In this document: in pieces, positions 16,914 to 25,832 of the stretch
Position numbering within the stretch: position 1 is the first letter of the stretch
How the letters are laid out: every line of letters starts with the position of its first letter
Source of the DNA: Escherichia phage SECphi4
DNA: 44,569 bases
Sequence record: MT331608
Direction: 5' to 3' (one strand)
Notes under the pieces: model-generated
What the model was told of the DNA's origin: nothing
The model's database searches: none
The model's input: the letters and a program-made list of their open reading frames with translations, nothing else
Made by a program: the position numbers and the translations under genes

Positions 16914-16993
16914 TATGTGGCGGTAGTCTGGCGGCCCTGGTGTTGTTGGCGGCTGTTATTAGTCTGGTTAAATACCTATGGAGCAGATTATGA
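16892..16993 (+). CDS. Small membrane peptide (33 aa)
   Basis: GGAAGGGG SD; single hydrophobic helix. Confidence 0.3.
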   Translation: MLYVFAVVCGGSLAALVLLAAVISLVKYLWSRL

Positions 16994-17277
16994 TTCATGA
17001 TGTGATTTATTGGTTTGGTATGGCCAGCATGTTATGCCTGGTTACGGGAGTGCTGGGCGCAATATGGGTATTCCTGGTATGGCCCGCCGTGGAAGCTGCC
17101 AGCATTACCCGGATGACGTTCCAGATATACAAGCGCCGCGGGATCACGGAGCACCCGACCAGGTTACGCATGTGGTTGCTGTGGTATCGGGATATGATTG
17201 GGGGCCGGATGTTCGAGGCCGTCCGATCGGAAGGGTGGGAGTGGAAAGGCGTCGGCAAGTGGTCCATTTTCGATTAA
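16978..17277 (+). CDS. Membrane protein
   Basis: 99-aa ORF with two predicted TM helices; alternative ATG at 16990. Confidence 0.5.
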   Translation: MEQIMIHDVIYWFGMASMLCLVTGVLGAIWVFLVWPAVEAASITRMTFQIYKRRGITEHPTRLRMWLLWYRDMIGGRMFEAVRSEGWEWKGVGKWSIFD

Positions 17278-17294
17278 TTATGCAAGCGTGATAT

Positions 17295-17330
17295 AGTCCC
17301 AGTGAGCTAAAACTTACTGGGACTTTTTTA
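17295..17330 (+). terminator. Rho-independent terminator
   Basis: Perfect 9-bp stem AGTCCCAGT/ACTGGGACT with 12-nt loop followed by T6. Confidence 0.55.
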
Positions 17331-17620
17331 TGGATAAGCTAAACGAGTGGTTATTTGCCCTCGCATGTCTGGCAGGCGGCTTCGTAGGCGCACGCATTCA
17401 TGGCGAGGCTACGAAAGGGCCGCTAAACTTCGTTTTATATATCGTGGTCGGCTTCCTGTGTGCCATATTTGGCGCACCGGCTATTGCCGAGTGGGCTGGT
17501 TTGTCGGGGGAGCGCACTGTCGCCGGTTTGGGCTTCGTAACCGCAATCTTCTGGATGCCAATCGCCGACCGGATCAGGGAGACTATTGCGTCGTTCCGAC
17601 TTCCGGGGGGTGCAAAATGA
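17330..17620 (+). CDS. Holin-like membrane protein
   Basis: 96-aa ORF with multiple TM helices immediately upstream of the endolysin gene. Confidence 0.6.
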   Translation: MDKLNEWLFALACLAGGFVGARIHGEATKGPLNFVLYIVVGFLCAIFGAPAIAEWAGLSGERTVAGLGFVTAIFWMPIADRIRETIASFRLPGGAK

Positions 17621-17862
17621 TTATCTCCGTCCTGTTGTTTGTTATCATCGGGGCTTCGTCCCTGTTTAACGTGTATGCGCCGTCCGTCCAGGATGGCATT
17701 TTAGGCCGGGTGTTATATCTGCTAACGGCGATGATCTGCATTATCGGATTGTTGCAGACAGGAGACGTATCAGATACTACCTGGACCGCGTTAATCTGGC
17801 TGTTTGCATTGCGCACACTGCGTAATGCTGTTTTGAATGGGGTAAAACATGCGATTCAGTGA
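17617..17862 (+). CDS. Second small membrane protein of the lysis cassette (holin or antiholin-like)
   Basis: 81-aa ORF starting at an internal ATG, ATGA-coupled to the holin gene; two TM helices. Confidence 0.55.
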   Translation: MIISVLLFVIIGASSLFNVYAPSVQDGILGRVLYLLTAMICIIGLLQTGDVSDTTWTALIWLFALRTLRNAVLNGVKHAIQ

Positions 17863-18340
17863 TAACGGTCTACGATTTACGGCAGCATGGGAGGCTTTCA
17901 GCCCGGTGCCGTATTTCGCGACCAAGAAAGAGCAGGCCCGCGGCCTGTACACCTGGGGTTATGGGCATACCGGCACTAATCCGCCACGAAGCATTACCCG
18001 TGCGGAAGCGCTGGAACTGCTCAAGCGCGATGTGGCGTATGCAGAGGCCTGGGTGAACAAATACGCACATCCGAGCATTAACCAGGCGCAATTCGACGCG
18101 CTGGTTGACCTGGTAATCAATGCCGGTCCGGGTCCGATCGTACCAGATGACGTAGCGAATGATTTCGATGATGCGGTGCGACTGGGCGACTGGGCGAAGG
18201 TCCGTGCTACTCTGCCGCAGTTCCGCAAGCAGGGCGGGGAAGTGCTTAAGGGTTTGGTCCGTCGAGCAATCGGCAGGCAGGCGCTATTCGATGGTAAGCA
18301 GTGGGACGTTGCCGAGAAGATCGGACGTAACGCAGCATAA
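17849..18340 (+). CDS. Endolysin (T4-lysozyme-like, GH24 family)
   Basis: 163 aa with the catalytic Glu context and YGHTG / ITRAEA...LKRDV pattern typical of phage lysozymes. Confidence 0.8.
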   Translation: MRFSDNGLRFTAAWEAFSPVPYFATKKEQARGLYTWGYGHTGTNPPRSITRAEALELLKRDVAYAEAWVNKYAHPSINQAQFDALVDLVINAGPGPIVPDDVANDFDDAVRLGDWAKVRATLPQFRKQGGEVLKGLVRRAIGRQALFDGKQWDVAEKIGRNAA

Positions 18341-18356
18341 TACGGGGTAACACAGT

Positions 18357-18524
18357 ATGTTAAAAAGTATTCTTGATCATAACGCCGACGCGCTCGCCGC
18401 GCTGGCTAAAACCGAAGACCCTGGCGCACGCGCTATCATCGCCGACACTATCAGCCACGCTGGGGTCTTCGATGCGAAGCTGCCAAGCCCGCCACCGCCG
18501 GAAGAACCCGGCCCAGCAGCGTAA
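18357..18524 (+). CDS. Small hypothetical protein (55 aa)
   Basis: GGGG SD; proline-rich C-terminus; followed by a terminator. Confidence 0.4.
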   Translation: MLKSILDHNADALAALAKTEDPGARAIIADTISHAGVFDAKLPSPPPPEEPGPAA

Positions 18525-18532
18525 ACAATCAA

Positions 18533-18556
18533 GCCCGGATAATACCGGGCTTTTTA
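18533..18556 (+). terminator. Rho-independent terminator
   Basis: Stem GCCCGG/CCGGGC with 6-nt loop followed by TTTTTATT. Confidence 0.6.
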
Positions 18557-18619
18557 TTGCTTGACTCGCAACCAACATAGAGGCCATACTGCAACCAATC
18601 AACGAGAGGAGTAATCAAG

Positions 18620-18700
18620 ATGGCACGTAAAGATATTTGGGTATTAGCGATCTGGACCACCGCGGCTTTTATCGGCATGGTTATTTGCGAATTGATATAG
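18620..18700 (+). CDS. Small membrane peptide (26 aa)
   Basis: Strong GAGAGGAG SD 7 nt upstream of the ATG; hydrophobic sequence. Confidence 0.3.
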   Translation: MARKDIWVLAIWTTAAFIGMVICELI

Positions 18701-18712
18701 CCCGCCGCCATA

Positions 18713-18740
18713 TGGACCGTGGTATATTGTCCACGGTCCA
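18713..18740. promoter_or_regulatory. Perfect 10-bp inverted repeat (TGGACCGTGG-N8-CCACGGTCCA), operator-like
   Basis: Palindrome 22 nt upstream of the ATG at 18762; loop contains TATATT; no U run follows. Confidence 0.4.
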
Positions 18741-18761
18741 CTAATCAGGAATTAATTAAAT

Positions 18762-19904
18762 ATGCACCCGCAAACTAAAATTACCGATGAGCAATTGATC
18801 GCAGAAATTCAGGCAGGGACTACGGTTAAAGAGATTGCGAAGAAATACAGCATTGCACTTCGAAATGTCTATATGCGCAAAGCCCGCCTGTCGAAAAAGG
18901 GGATTGGTCATGGCAATGATGCCGTGATCCGTAAGCGCGTTGCCGATGGCTTTGGGGTTAAGCGCGTATCGGCCCTGGTGCGCGGTAATGGCGAAGAGGT
19001 CATGTCGTGGGTCATCACTGAGCAGGACAAGGAGCGCCAACTCGAAGCTATGCGCGCTGTTGTCGAGGGTATGAACAGCGAAATCACACCGGCAGCGCCA
19101 GTAAACGCCCCGCCAGTACCGATCCAGGCGCTAGACTTGCTCAACCTGTACACCGTGTCCGACTTCCACCTGGGCATGTTGGCCTGGGGCGAGGAGACTG
19201 GCGAGGATTGGGATATGGCGATTGCCGAAGACCTGTTCTACCGCTGGTTTGTCGAAGCCTTCGCACGCGCACCGGACGCAGGCACTGCCGTAATTAATAT
19301 CCTTGGTGATATGGCGCATTTTGATAGCCTTGATGCCGTCACACCGGCAAGTGGTCACGTACTGGACGCGGATACCCGCTACCAGAAGCTGGTCCGCTAC
19401 ATGATTCGCATGGTGCGCAACGTGGTGGAACTGGCGCTGCAAAAACACCACAAAGTCAAACTGCTAATCGTCCAGGGGAATCATGACGAGTCTGGCATGA
19501 TTTGGCTGGCTGAAATGTTCAATACGCTGTACGAGAACGAGCCGCGCGTCGATGTGGATACATCCCCGGACGTATACAAAATGGTGCAGCACGGCAAGAC
19601 AACGCTGTTCTTCCACCACGGGCACAAAGCGCGATTCGATGTTATCGAGCAGGTTATGATCGCTAAATTCAGACAGGCGTTCGGGTCGAGCGAATACAGC
19701 TACGCGCACGTAGGCCATTTGCACCACCAGAAGATTGTAGAATCCCGCAACATGATTGTTGAACAGCACCGGACGCTCGCAGCGAAAGACGCCTACGCCA
19801 GTCGTGGCGGTTGGATGAGCGGTCGCAGCGCAAACGTCATCACCTATAGCGCCAACTACGGCGAAGTAGCGCGCTTAACCATTAGCCCGGAAATGTTGAA
19901 GTAA
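18762..19904 (+). CDS. HTH domain fused to a calcineurin-like metallophosphoesterase
   Basis: 380 aa; N-terminal HTH; phosphoesterase motifs DFHLG, GDMAHFD, GNHDE, HHGH and GHLHH. Confidence 0.65.
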   Translation: MHPQTKITDEQLIAEIQAGTTVKEIAKKYSIALRNVYMRKARLSKKGIGHGNDAVIRKRVADGFGVKRVSALVRGNGEEVMSWVITEQDKERQLEAMRAVVEGMNSEITPAAPVNAPPVPIQALDLLNLYTVSDFHLGMLAWGEETGEDWDMAIAEDLFYRWFVEAFARAPDAGTAVINILGDMAHFDSLDAVTPASGHVLDADTRYQKLVRYMIRMVRNVVELALQKHHKVKLLIVQGNHDESGMIWLAEMFNTLYENEPRVDVDTSPDVYKMVQHGKTTLFFHHGHKARFDVIEQVMIAKFRQAFGSSEYSYAHVGHLHHQKIVESRNMIVEQHRTLAAKDAYASRGGWMSGRSANVITYSANYGEVARLTISPEMLK

Positions 19905-19917
19905 CGGCAACCCATAA

Positions 19918-19950
19918 GCCTCCCAGCCTGCCGATTTGGTGGGCTTTTTT
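19918..19950 (+). terminator. Probable rho-independent terminator
   Basis: Imperfect GC-rich hairpin followed by T6 just after the stop at 19904. Confidence 0.4.
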
Positions 19951-20034
19951 GTGCCTGTTATAATCCCCCTTAGATGGCAGGGCCGTCTCCTATGTTGCCG
20001 ATGGTCGGCGCATATGCACAAAAGGGCTTATATC

Positions 20035-20586
20035 ATGGCAGAAATTAAAGTTAAGGGCCGTCGCGCCAAACTGGACGGACGAGTAGCAGTTACCCCTCGC
20101 CGTAAACCAGGCGAGCAAACCGAACATACCAATCTCGGACCTGAGATCGAGTACGGCAAGCGCCGTAAAGGCGGCAAATGTGGGCGCCCTACTGACTACC
20201 GATCTGTTTACTGCGACCAGCTTCGTCGCTATTTTGCCGACGCCGACGCCTGGCAGGTCAATTACTCCGATAAAGGCGCTGCGCAGGTAATCCCTCGCAA
20301 CAAAATGCCAACCTTCGGCAGATTTGCCGCGGAAATCGGTGTGGGCGTCGCTTGCCTGTATCGCTGGGCGCGCGCACATGAGGAGTTCGCCGAGGCGATG
20401 GCGGACGCTATGGAATTGCAGAAAACTTTCCTGATGGAGGCTGGCGGCGTAACCATCGCGGCGGGCTTCGCTACGTTCCTGCTTAAAGCCAACCACGGCG
20501 TACGCGACGATATCCCACTGGATGACGACGAAGATGATAACGGCGACGTCGTTGTCGAACCTACCGGCAAAGGCCAGGGCGAATAA
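20035..20586 (+). CDS. Terminase small subunit
   Basis: 183 aa immediately upstream of TerL; HTH-like segment and acidic C-terminus; start set at the internal ATG (MAEIKVKG). Confidence 0.7.
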   Translation: MAEIKVKGRRAKLDGRVAVTPRRKPGEQTEHTNLGPEIEYGKRRKGGKCGRPTDYRSVYCDQLRRYFADADAWQVNYSDKGAAQVIPRNKMPTFGRFAAEIGVGVACLYRWARAHEEFAEAMADAMELQKTFLMEAGGVTIAAGFATFLLKANHGVRDDIPLDDDEDDNGDVVVEPTGKGQGE

Positions 20587-21971
20587 TGCGTAACTATGCG
20601 GCAGAACACCGCGCACTGGAACGCGCGATCGCAAAGCGCAACCGACCGCCACGCCCAACACGCGTTGCGCAGGCCGTCCGCCTTTACCAGCCTGATTGCT
20701 TGCCGCACCAGGTTGAACTACTGCGCGACACAAAGACTAAAATCCTCGGCCTGTGTTCCGGCTTCGGCGGCGGCAAGTCATGGGTTGCGGCGAGAAAGGT
20801 CATACAGCTTTTAACCCTGAACCCTGGTTATGACGGCATCGTGACCGAACCGACTATTCCACTCCTGGTTAAAATAATGTATCCGGAACTGGAGAAGGCA
20901 TTCGACGAGGCTGGATTCAGGTGGAAGTTCAATAAGCAGGACAAGATCTACAACGTGCTGGTGAAAGGCAAATGGACCCGCGTTATATGTGAATCAATGG
21001 AGAATTATACCCGCCTGATCGGGGTAAACGCCGCGTGGATTGTTGCCGATGAATTCGACACCACTAAGCAAGACGTCGCGCTGGCGGCATATCACAAATT
21101 GCTCGGTCGTCTGCGTGCGGGCTTTGTCCGCCAGTTCGTCATCGTGTCCACCCCGGAAGGCTACCGGGCGATGTACCAGATTTTCGAAGTGGAGAAGGAT
21201 AGCCAGAAACGTTTGATCCGGGCGAAGACTACCGATAACCACCACCTACCGGCAGACTTCATCGACACGCTGCGCCGCCAGTACCCGGCGAACCTGATTG
21301 ACGCGTACTTGAACGGCCTGTTTGTAAACCTTACGTCTGGCGCGGTTTACAAGATGTTCAATCGTGAGGAGAACGCCAGCACCGAAGAAGTGCAGCCGGA
21401 AGACACGCTGATTATCGGTATGGACTTTAACGTCACGAAGATGGCGGCGGTCGTGTACGTCAGACGGCAGCGCATCGCCGAAAACAAGGAGTTCCGCGAC
21501 GAGATCCACGCAGTGGATGAGTTTGTGGACCTGTTTGATACCCCGGCTATGATTGAGGCGATCGAGGAGCGATACCCAGATCATTGCGCTGCCGGTCGTG
21601 TTGTCGTGTACCCGGATAGCAGCGGCAAGTCTCGCAAGACTGTCAACGCATCATCGTCCGATATAGCGCAACTGGAAGACGCGGGCTTCGAGGTGGAGTA
21701 TGACAGTGTTAACCCACCTGTGAAAGACCGATTGATCGCGATGAATACGATGATGTGCAACTCGAAGGGCGTGCGCCAGTATTTTGTCAACCTGGATAAA
21801 TGCCCTACACTAGCGAAATGTCTGGAACAGCAGGTTTACGACCTGAAGAAAGGCGAGCCGGATAAAACCGCCGGGGCGGACCACATGAACGATGCCGCGG
21901 GCTATCCAATTGCGCACCTGTTCCCAGTGATTCGCCCAATCGCCGTTGTTCCAACTGTAGACTTCTACTAA
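20586..21971 (+). CDS. Terminase large subunit
   Basis: 461 aa with Walker A-like GFGGGKS; position upstream of the portal gene. Confidence 0.85.
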   Translation: MRNYAAEHRALERAIAKRNRPPRPTRVAQAVRLYQPDCLPHQVELLRDTKTKILGLCSGFGGGKSWVAARKVIQLLTLNPGYDGIVTEPTIPLLVKIMYPELEKAFDEAGFRWKFNKQDKIYNVLVKGKWTRVICESMENYTRLIGVNAAWIVADEFDTTKQDVALAAYHKLLGRLRAGFVRQFVIVSTPEGYRAMYQIFEVEKDSQKRLIRAKTTDNHHLPADFIDTLRRQYPANLIDAYLNGLFVNLTSGAVYKMFNREENASTEEVQPEDTLIIGMDFNVTKMAAVVYVRRQRIAENKEFRDEIHAVDEFVDLFDTPAMIEAIEERYPDHCAAGRVVVYPDSSGKSRKTVNASSSDIAQLEDAGFEVEYDSVNPPVKDRLIAMNTMMCNSKGVRQYFVNLDKCPTLAKCLEQQVYDLKKGEPDKTAGADHMNDAAGYPIAHLFPVIRPIAVVPTVDFY

Positions 21972-21981
21972 GGAAACGACC

Positions 21982-23502
21982 ATGACCGTTAACGTTGATA
22001 ACCAGCACCCACTTTATGCGCGCATCGCGCCAGAGTGGAAGATGATCCGCGATTGTGTAGCAGGGGAGCGCGCCGTGAAGGCGTGCGGCCCCTTGTACCT
22101 GCCTCATCCCGCCAGTGGCGACAATACTGACCCGAAAGCACGGGCGCGGTATAAGGCGTACAAGCAACGCGCTGTATTCCTGAACGCCACAGCCCGCACA
22201 CTTAACGCGCTGTTAGGCGTTGCCTTTGCGAAACCGGTAAGTCTGGACCTTTCCGGGGCAATGGCTGACCTGATTGACGACGTAGACGGCAGCGGTATGC
22301 CACTGCCGCAACTTCTGCGCGGTGCTATGTCGGAAGTGCTGCAATCAGGCCGCGCTGGCTTTATGGTGGACTACGACCGCCAGGCCCACTTTGACGAACT
22401 GGGTAACGTAGTGCCGCAGACAGCCGCTGAAATGGCGGCACACCGCCCGCTTATCCGCCTGTATACGGCAGAACAGATCATCAACTGGCGGCAGACCCAC
22501 GGCGTCGATACGCTAATTGTGCTGAAGGAAACGGACGAAATCAGCACCGAAGACCCGGACGACTTCGCAAACCACGAAGTAACAATCTGGACCGAGCTTC
22601 GCATGATTAATGGTGCGGCACATGCCCGCCGCTGGTTTTATAACGCTGACACGTCCGAGGTGAAAATGGACTTGCCGCGTGGATTTACCCGCACCGACCT
22701 TGTGCCGCTGGTGGATGCTGCCGGTAAAGCGCTGACACAGCTTCCGTTTTGCTGGTGTGGCGCGGTGGACAACAACGCGACACCGGACGCCGCACCGCTG
22801 GCGGATATTGCGTCCATCAACATTAAGCACTACAACGCCGAAGCTGACGTCGCCGAGATTGCGCACATCGTGGGCCAACCTACACTCATTGCGACTGGTC
22901 TGACCCAATCATGGGCGGACAAGAACCTGAAAGGAGGCATCGCGCTCGGGGCAACTAAGGGCGTTATCCTGGGCCAGAACATGGACGCCAAACTGCTTCA
23001 GGCGGAGGAGCGCAACTTGTCTGTTGCACTGTGTGAGCGCCGCGAATTGCAAATGGCTAAACTGGGCGCGGCCCTGGTTGAGAAGGGGACCGCACCTAAG
23101 ACGGCAACCGAGGCGGCCTATGATGCACAGACTGATAACAGTATCCTGTCACTGATTGCCGGTAACGTCGAGAAGGCTTTCAACCGTGCGCTGCAAATCG
23201 TCAAGCTGTTCACGGGCGACACCGCAGATCAACGCGTAACGCTGAATAAGTTCTACACCGAAATCACGGTTGACGCACAGCTTATGACCGCAATGATGGC
23301 GGGTGTGCAGACCGGTACGGTCCGTCTGGCGGACTTTATCAAGTGGATGATGGCCCAGGGCGTTATTGATGACTCGCAAACCGTCGAGCAGGTGGAAGAC
23401 GAACTGCGAAATCAGAATCCATTGCCTCAAATGTCCCCGGATGCGGTAGAATCGACCGAAGAAGCCCCGGACGAGGTAGCGGACAATGGCGAAGACAATT
23501 AA
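21982..23502 (+). CDS. Portal protein
   Basis: 506 aa directly after TerL with acidic C-terminus; assignment by synteny and size. Confidence 0.75.
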   Translation: MTVNVDNQHPLYARIAPEWKMIRDCVAGERAVKACGPLYLPHPASGDNTDPKARARYKAYKQRAVFLNATARTLNALLGVAFAKPVSLDLSGAMADLIDDVDGSGMPLPQLLRGAMSEVLQSGRAGFMVDYDRQAHFDELGNVVPQTAAEMAAHRPLIRLYTAEQIINWRQTHGVDTLIVLKETDEISTEDPDDFANHEVTIWTELRMINGAAHARRWFYNADTSEVKMDLPRGFTRTDLVPLVDAAGKALTQLPFCWCGAVDNNATPDAAPLADIASINIKHYNAEADVAEIAHIVGQPTLIATGLTQSWADKNLKGGIALGATKGVILGQNMDAKLLQAEERNLSVALCERRELQMAKLGAALVEKGTAPKTATEAAYDAQTDNSILSLIAGNVEKAFNRALQIVKLFTGDTADQRVTLNKFYTEITVDAQLMTAMMAGVQTGTVRLADFIKWMMAQGVIDDSQTVEQVEDELRNQNPLPQMSPDAVESTEEAPDEVADNGEDN

Positions 23503-24589
23503 TCAATATATGGCGGATCGAATGATTCGCCGTCACATCTTCACCCAGCGCCTGAGTAATGACCAGGCGCGGAGGGTGTTGGCTATGTGGGAGAAGTTCC
23601 GGCCCACGTTACTGGGTAAGCTGACCGAGTTGCTTGATGGTAAAAAGTCCATGAGCAACAAGGCGCTTACCACCCTGTTAACGCAACTCGACAAGACCGT
23701 CAAAACGGAACTGCGCACCGAGTTTAAGGTGCTGGCTGAAAGCCTTCAGGAGTTCGCCGACACCGAGGCCGATTATCTCGCCGACACATTAACGGCAGCG
23801 ATCCAGCCGGTGGTCGCCGTACCTACGGTCGAGGTGGTTGGCGTAGTGACCGGCGCGCAGATCGCAGCAACGGCAATGAAAAACCCGTTCCAGGGCAATA
23901 CCATGATGCAATGGCCCGACTCACTTTCTGAGTGGACCAGGACGCAGATCGGCAATCAGGTGCGCGCCGGATTCATCCAGGGCAAGCCAACGATGGAAAT
24001 TATCGCGGACGTGAGGCGCGCGCTAGGCGGTCGTAGTGCGCAAGCCATCTCAAGCGTTGTTAAGTCTGCAGTCAACCACTATGCGGCGACCGCCCGCGAA
24101 CTAATGGTAAAAGCAAATGACGATATTCTCGAAGGTCGCCAATGGTTATCTACATTGGACACGCATACTTCTCCCATGTGCCAGCTACGCGATCGCCTGT
24201 TTTATCCGGTTGATGTTACTCCCGACACCAAAGGAAAGCGCGGCGGGAAAGTGGTGGCTGGGTCACAATATGGCGCTGGACCGGGCAAGTTGCATTATTG
24301 CTGCCGGTCGACGGAGACGTGGAAAGTCAAGGGCATGGAAGATTGGCCCAGTGGTAAGCGTCCGGCACTGAAGGCTGACGCGGGTAGATTGCTGAGTGAG
24401 CAGGTAGACGCGCAGACTGATTTCTTCTCATGGGTGCAGCGCCAGCCGCGCCATATCCTGGAAGAATTATACGGAGTGCAACGCGCCGACCAGATTATGC
24501 GCGGCGTGAAAGTGCCGAAGATGTTCACCGATTCAGGTGAACTGATGACTATCGCACAGCTTAAAAACCGGGGGTTATGGCGTGATTAA
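23486..24589 (+). CDS. Head morphogenesis protein (Mu F / SPP1 gp7-like)
   Basis: 367 aa with WLSTLDTHTSPMC signature; follows the portal gene. Confidence 0.75.
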   Translation: MAKTINQYMADRMIRRHIFTQRLSNDQARRVLAMWEKFRPTLLGKLTELLDGKKSMSNKALTTLLTQLDKTVKTELRTEFKVLAESLQEFADTEADYLADTLTAAIQPVVAVPTVEVVGVVTGAQIAATAMKNPFQGNTMMQWPDSLSEWTRTQIGNQVRAGFIQGKPTMEIIADVRRALGGRSAQAISSVVKSAVNHYAATARELMVKANDDILEGRQWLSTLDTHTSPMCQLRDRLFYPVDVTPDTKGKRGGKVVAGSQYGAGPGKLHYCCRSTETWKVKGMEDWPSGKRPALKADAGRLLSEQVDAQTDFFSWVQRQPRHILEELYGVQRADQIMRGVKVPKMFTDSGELMTIAQLKNRGLWRD

Positions 24590-24911
24590 ATATGCAGCGA
24601 TTGGACTGGTTATCGGTCTGGCGGTAGGATTCTGGCTAGGTGACTCCTATCGCGCTGGCGTAGTGGCGGAGGCGGCGCAAGAAGCGCAAGCCAAAGCCCA
24701 ACGGCAGCAAACTAAAGTTGTGGAGCGCTCCGTGCAGGCCGAACAGGCCCGCGACGTGGAATACCGGACTATCACGAAAGAGGTTGTTAAATATGTTACG
24801 CGCCCTAACCGCCCTGATTGTAGTTTTGATGCTGAGCGCGTGCGGATCAAGCAACGCGCCGTTGATGCCGCTAACGGAGTCGGCACTGCGACCGCCGTGC
24901 AAGTTCGATAG
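24582..24911 (+). CDS. i-spanin (Rz-like)
   Basis: GTG start; N-terminal TM helix then charged coiled-coil region; contains an embedded lipoprotein ORF in another frame. Confidence 0.7.
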   Translation: MIKYAAIGLVIGLAVGFWLGDSYRAGVVAEAAQEAQAKAQRQQTKVVERSVQAEQARDVEYRTITKEVVKYVTRPNRPDCSFDAERVRIKQRAVDAANGVGTATAVQVR

Positions 24912-25023
24912 CCCGTCCGCGGACCCCGACGAGGATTTGATGATTGATGTGAAAAATATGGAATGCGGGGCGAAGCTAAGGGCGCAGGTGCTGGAGTTGC
25001 AGCAAATAATTAAGGGGCCGTAA
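24793..25023 (+). CDS. o-spanin (Rz1-like outer-membrane lipoprotein)
   Basis: Signal peptide with lipobox LSAC; proline-rich mature part; embedded in the +1 frame of the i-spanin gene; AAGAGG SD. Confidence 0.7.
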   Translation: MLRALTALIVVLMLSACGSSNAPLMPLTESALRPPCKFDSPSADPDEDLMIDVKNMECGAKLRAQVLELQQIIKGP

Positions 25024-25036
25024 TGGCCCCCTTTTC
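25014..25036. terminator. Bidirectional rho-independent terminator between convergent genes
   Basis: Stem GGGGCC/GGCCCC with 5-nt loop, flanked by an A/T-rich run upstream and TTTT downstream. Confidence 0.6.
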
Positions 25037-25037
25037 G

Positions 25038-25802
25038 TTAGCGCGGAATACCGCAAATCTCGTTGAGAGTTTTCACATCCAGCGCCACCGCCGTGGATTT
25101 TGGCTTGTCCGGGTAAGGGATGAATTGCTCAACTTCAGGCCATGCCTTAATCAGCTTCTTATCGGTATTGTGCATATCCAGCACACCGGTAACGGTCAAC
25201 TTGAATGCGTCATACTTCGCACGCAATTCGCGGCGGGCCTGGTCGTTACGGTCAAGGCGCTTACAGAAGTCATGATCCGCCGGGAAATCAGCACGGCAGC
25301 GTGGCTTATAGATCGGAAGCGATTTTCCGTCCTCGTCCACTTCACACACCGAAGCCAACATAACTTCCTCGAACCCCGGTACGATATCGCCGAGATCGGG
25401 AGATAGCTTATTCATGTATTTATACTCCCAGTATCCGCGATGTACTCGGTATTGGTGCCCATCGCCGCTCAATGACAAGGTGCGAACGTTACCGCCTGCG
25501 TTGATTTCGAAAGTGGCGTCGTAAACGCTGCCAATACCTTTGGGGCGGTCGGTGTTATAACTATACGTCGCCTTGTTGGTGTATACGCAGACGCCGTACA
25601 TCTGCGACGGGTCATCGTTGATTGCTTCGATGTGTGCGAATAGTTCGGCGAACGTATGAATGCCCCCCGGCATACAGTGCAACGTAATGTCATACGCCAG
25701 GTCGCGCGAGTCCGTCATGATTGATTTGGCTTCGGTAGCGATTTCGTGGTCGCGCAGAATGTTAGCCAGAATCTGGTTTTTAATGTCTTTGGTCAGTCTC
25801 AT
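25038..25802 (-). CDS. Opposite-strand hypothetical protein (254 aa) inserted in the head module
   Basis: ATG at 25800..25802 with GAGGA SD; own promoter upstream and terminator downstream; no recognisable motif. Confidence 0.6.
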   Translation of the reverse strand: MRLTKDIKNQILANILRDHEIATEAKSIMTDSRDLAYDITLHCMPGGIHTFAELFAHIEAINDDPSQMYGVCVYTNKATYSYNTDRPKGIGSVYDATFEINAGGNVRTLSLSGDGHQYRVHRGYWEYKYMNKLSPDLGDIVPGFEEVMLASVCEVDEDGKSLPIYKPRCRADFPADHDFCKRLDRNDQARRELRAKYDAFKLTVTGVLDMHNTDKKLIKAWPEVEQFIPYPDKPKSTAVALDVKTLNEICGIPR

Positions 25803-25832
25803 TTTTGTGTCCTCGTTGTTGGTGTGCAACCA

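Noticed and set aside
19936-20034. Upstream TTG-initiated extension of the terminase small subunit ORF
   Set aside because: The extension overlaps the terminator hairpin and T run, lacks an SD and has a hydrophobic low-complexity translation; the internal ATG at 20035 is preferred
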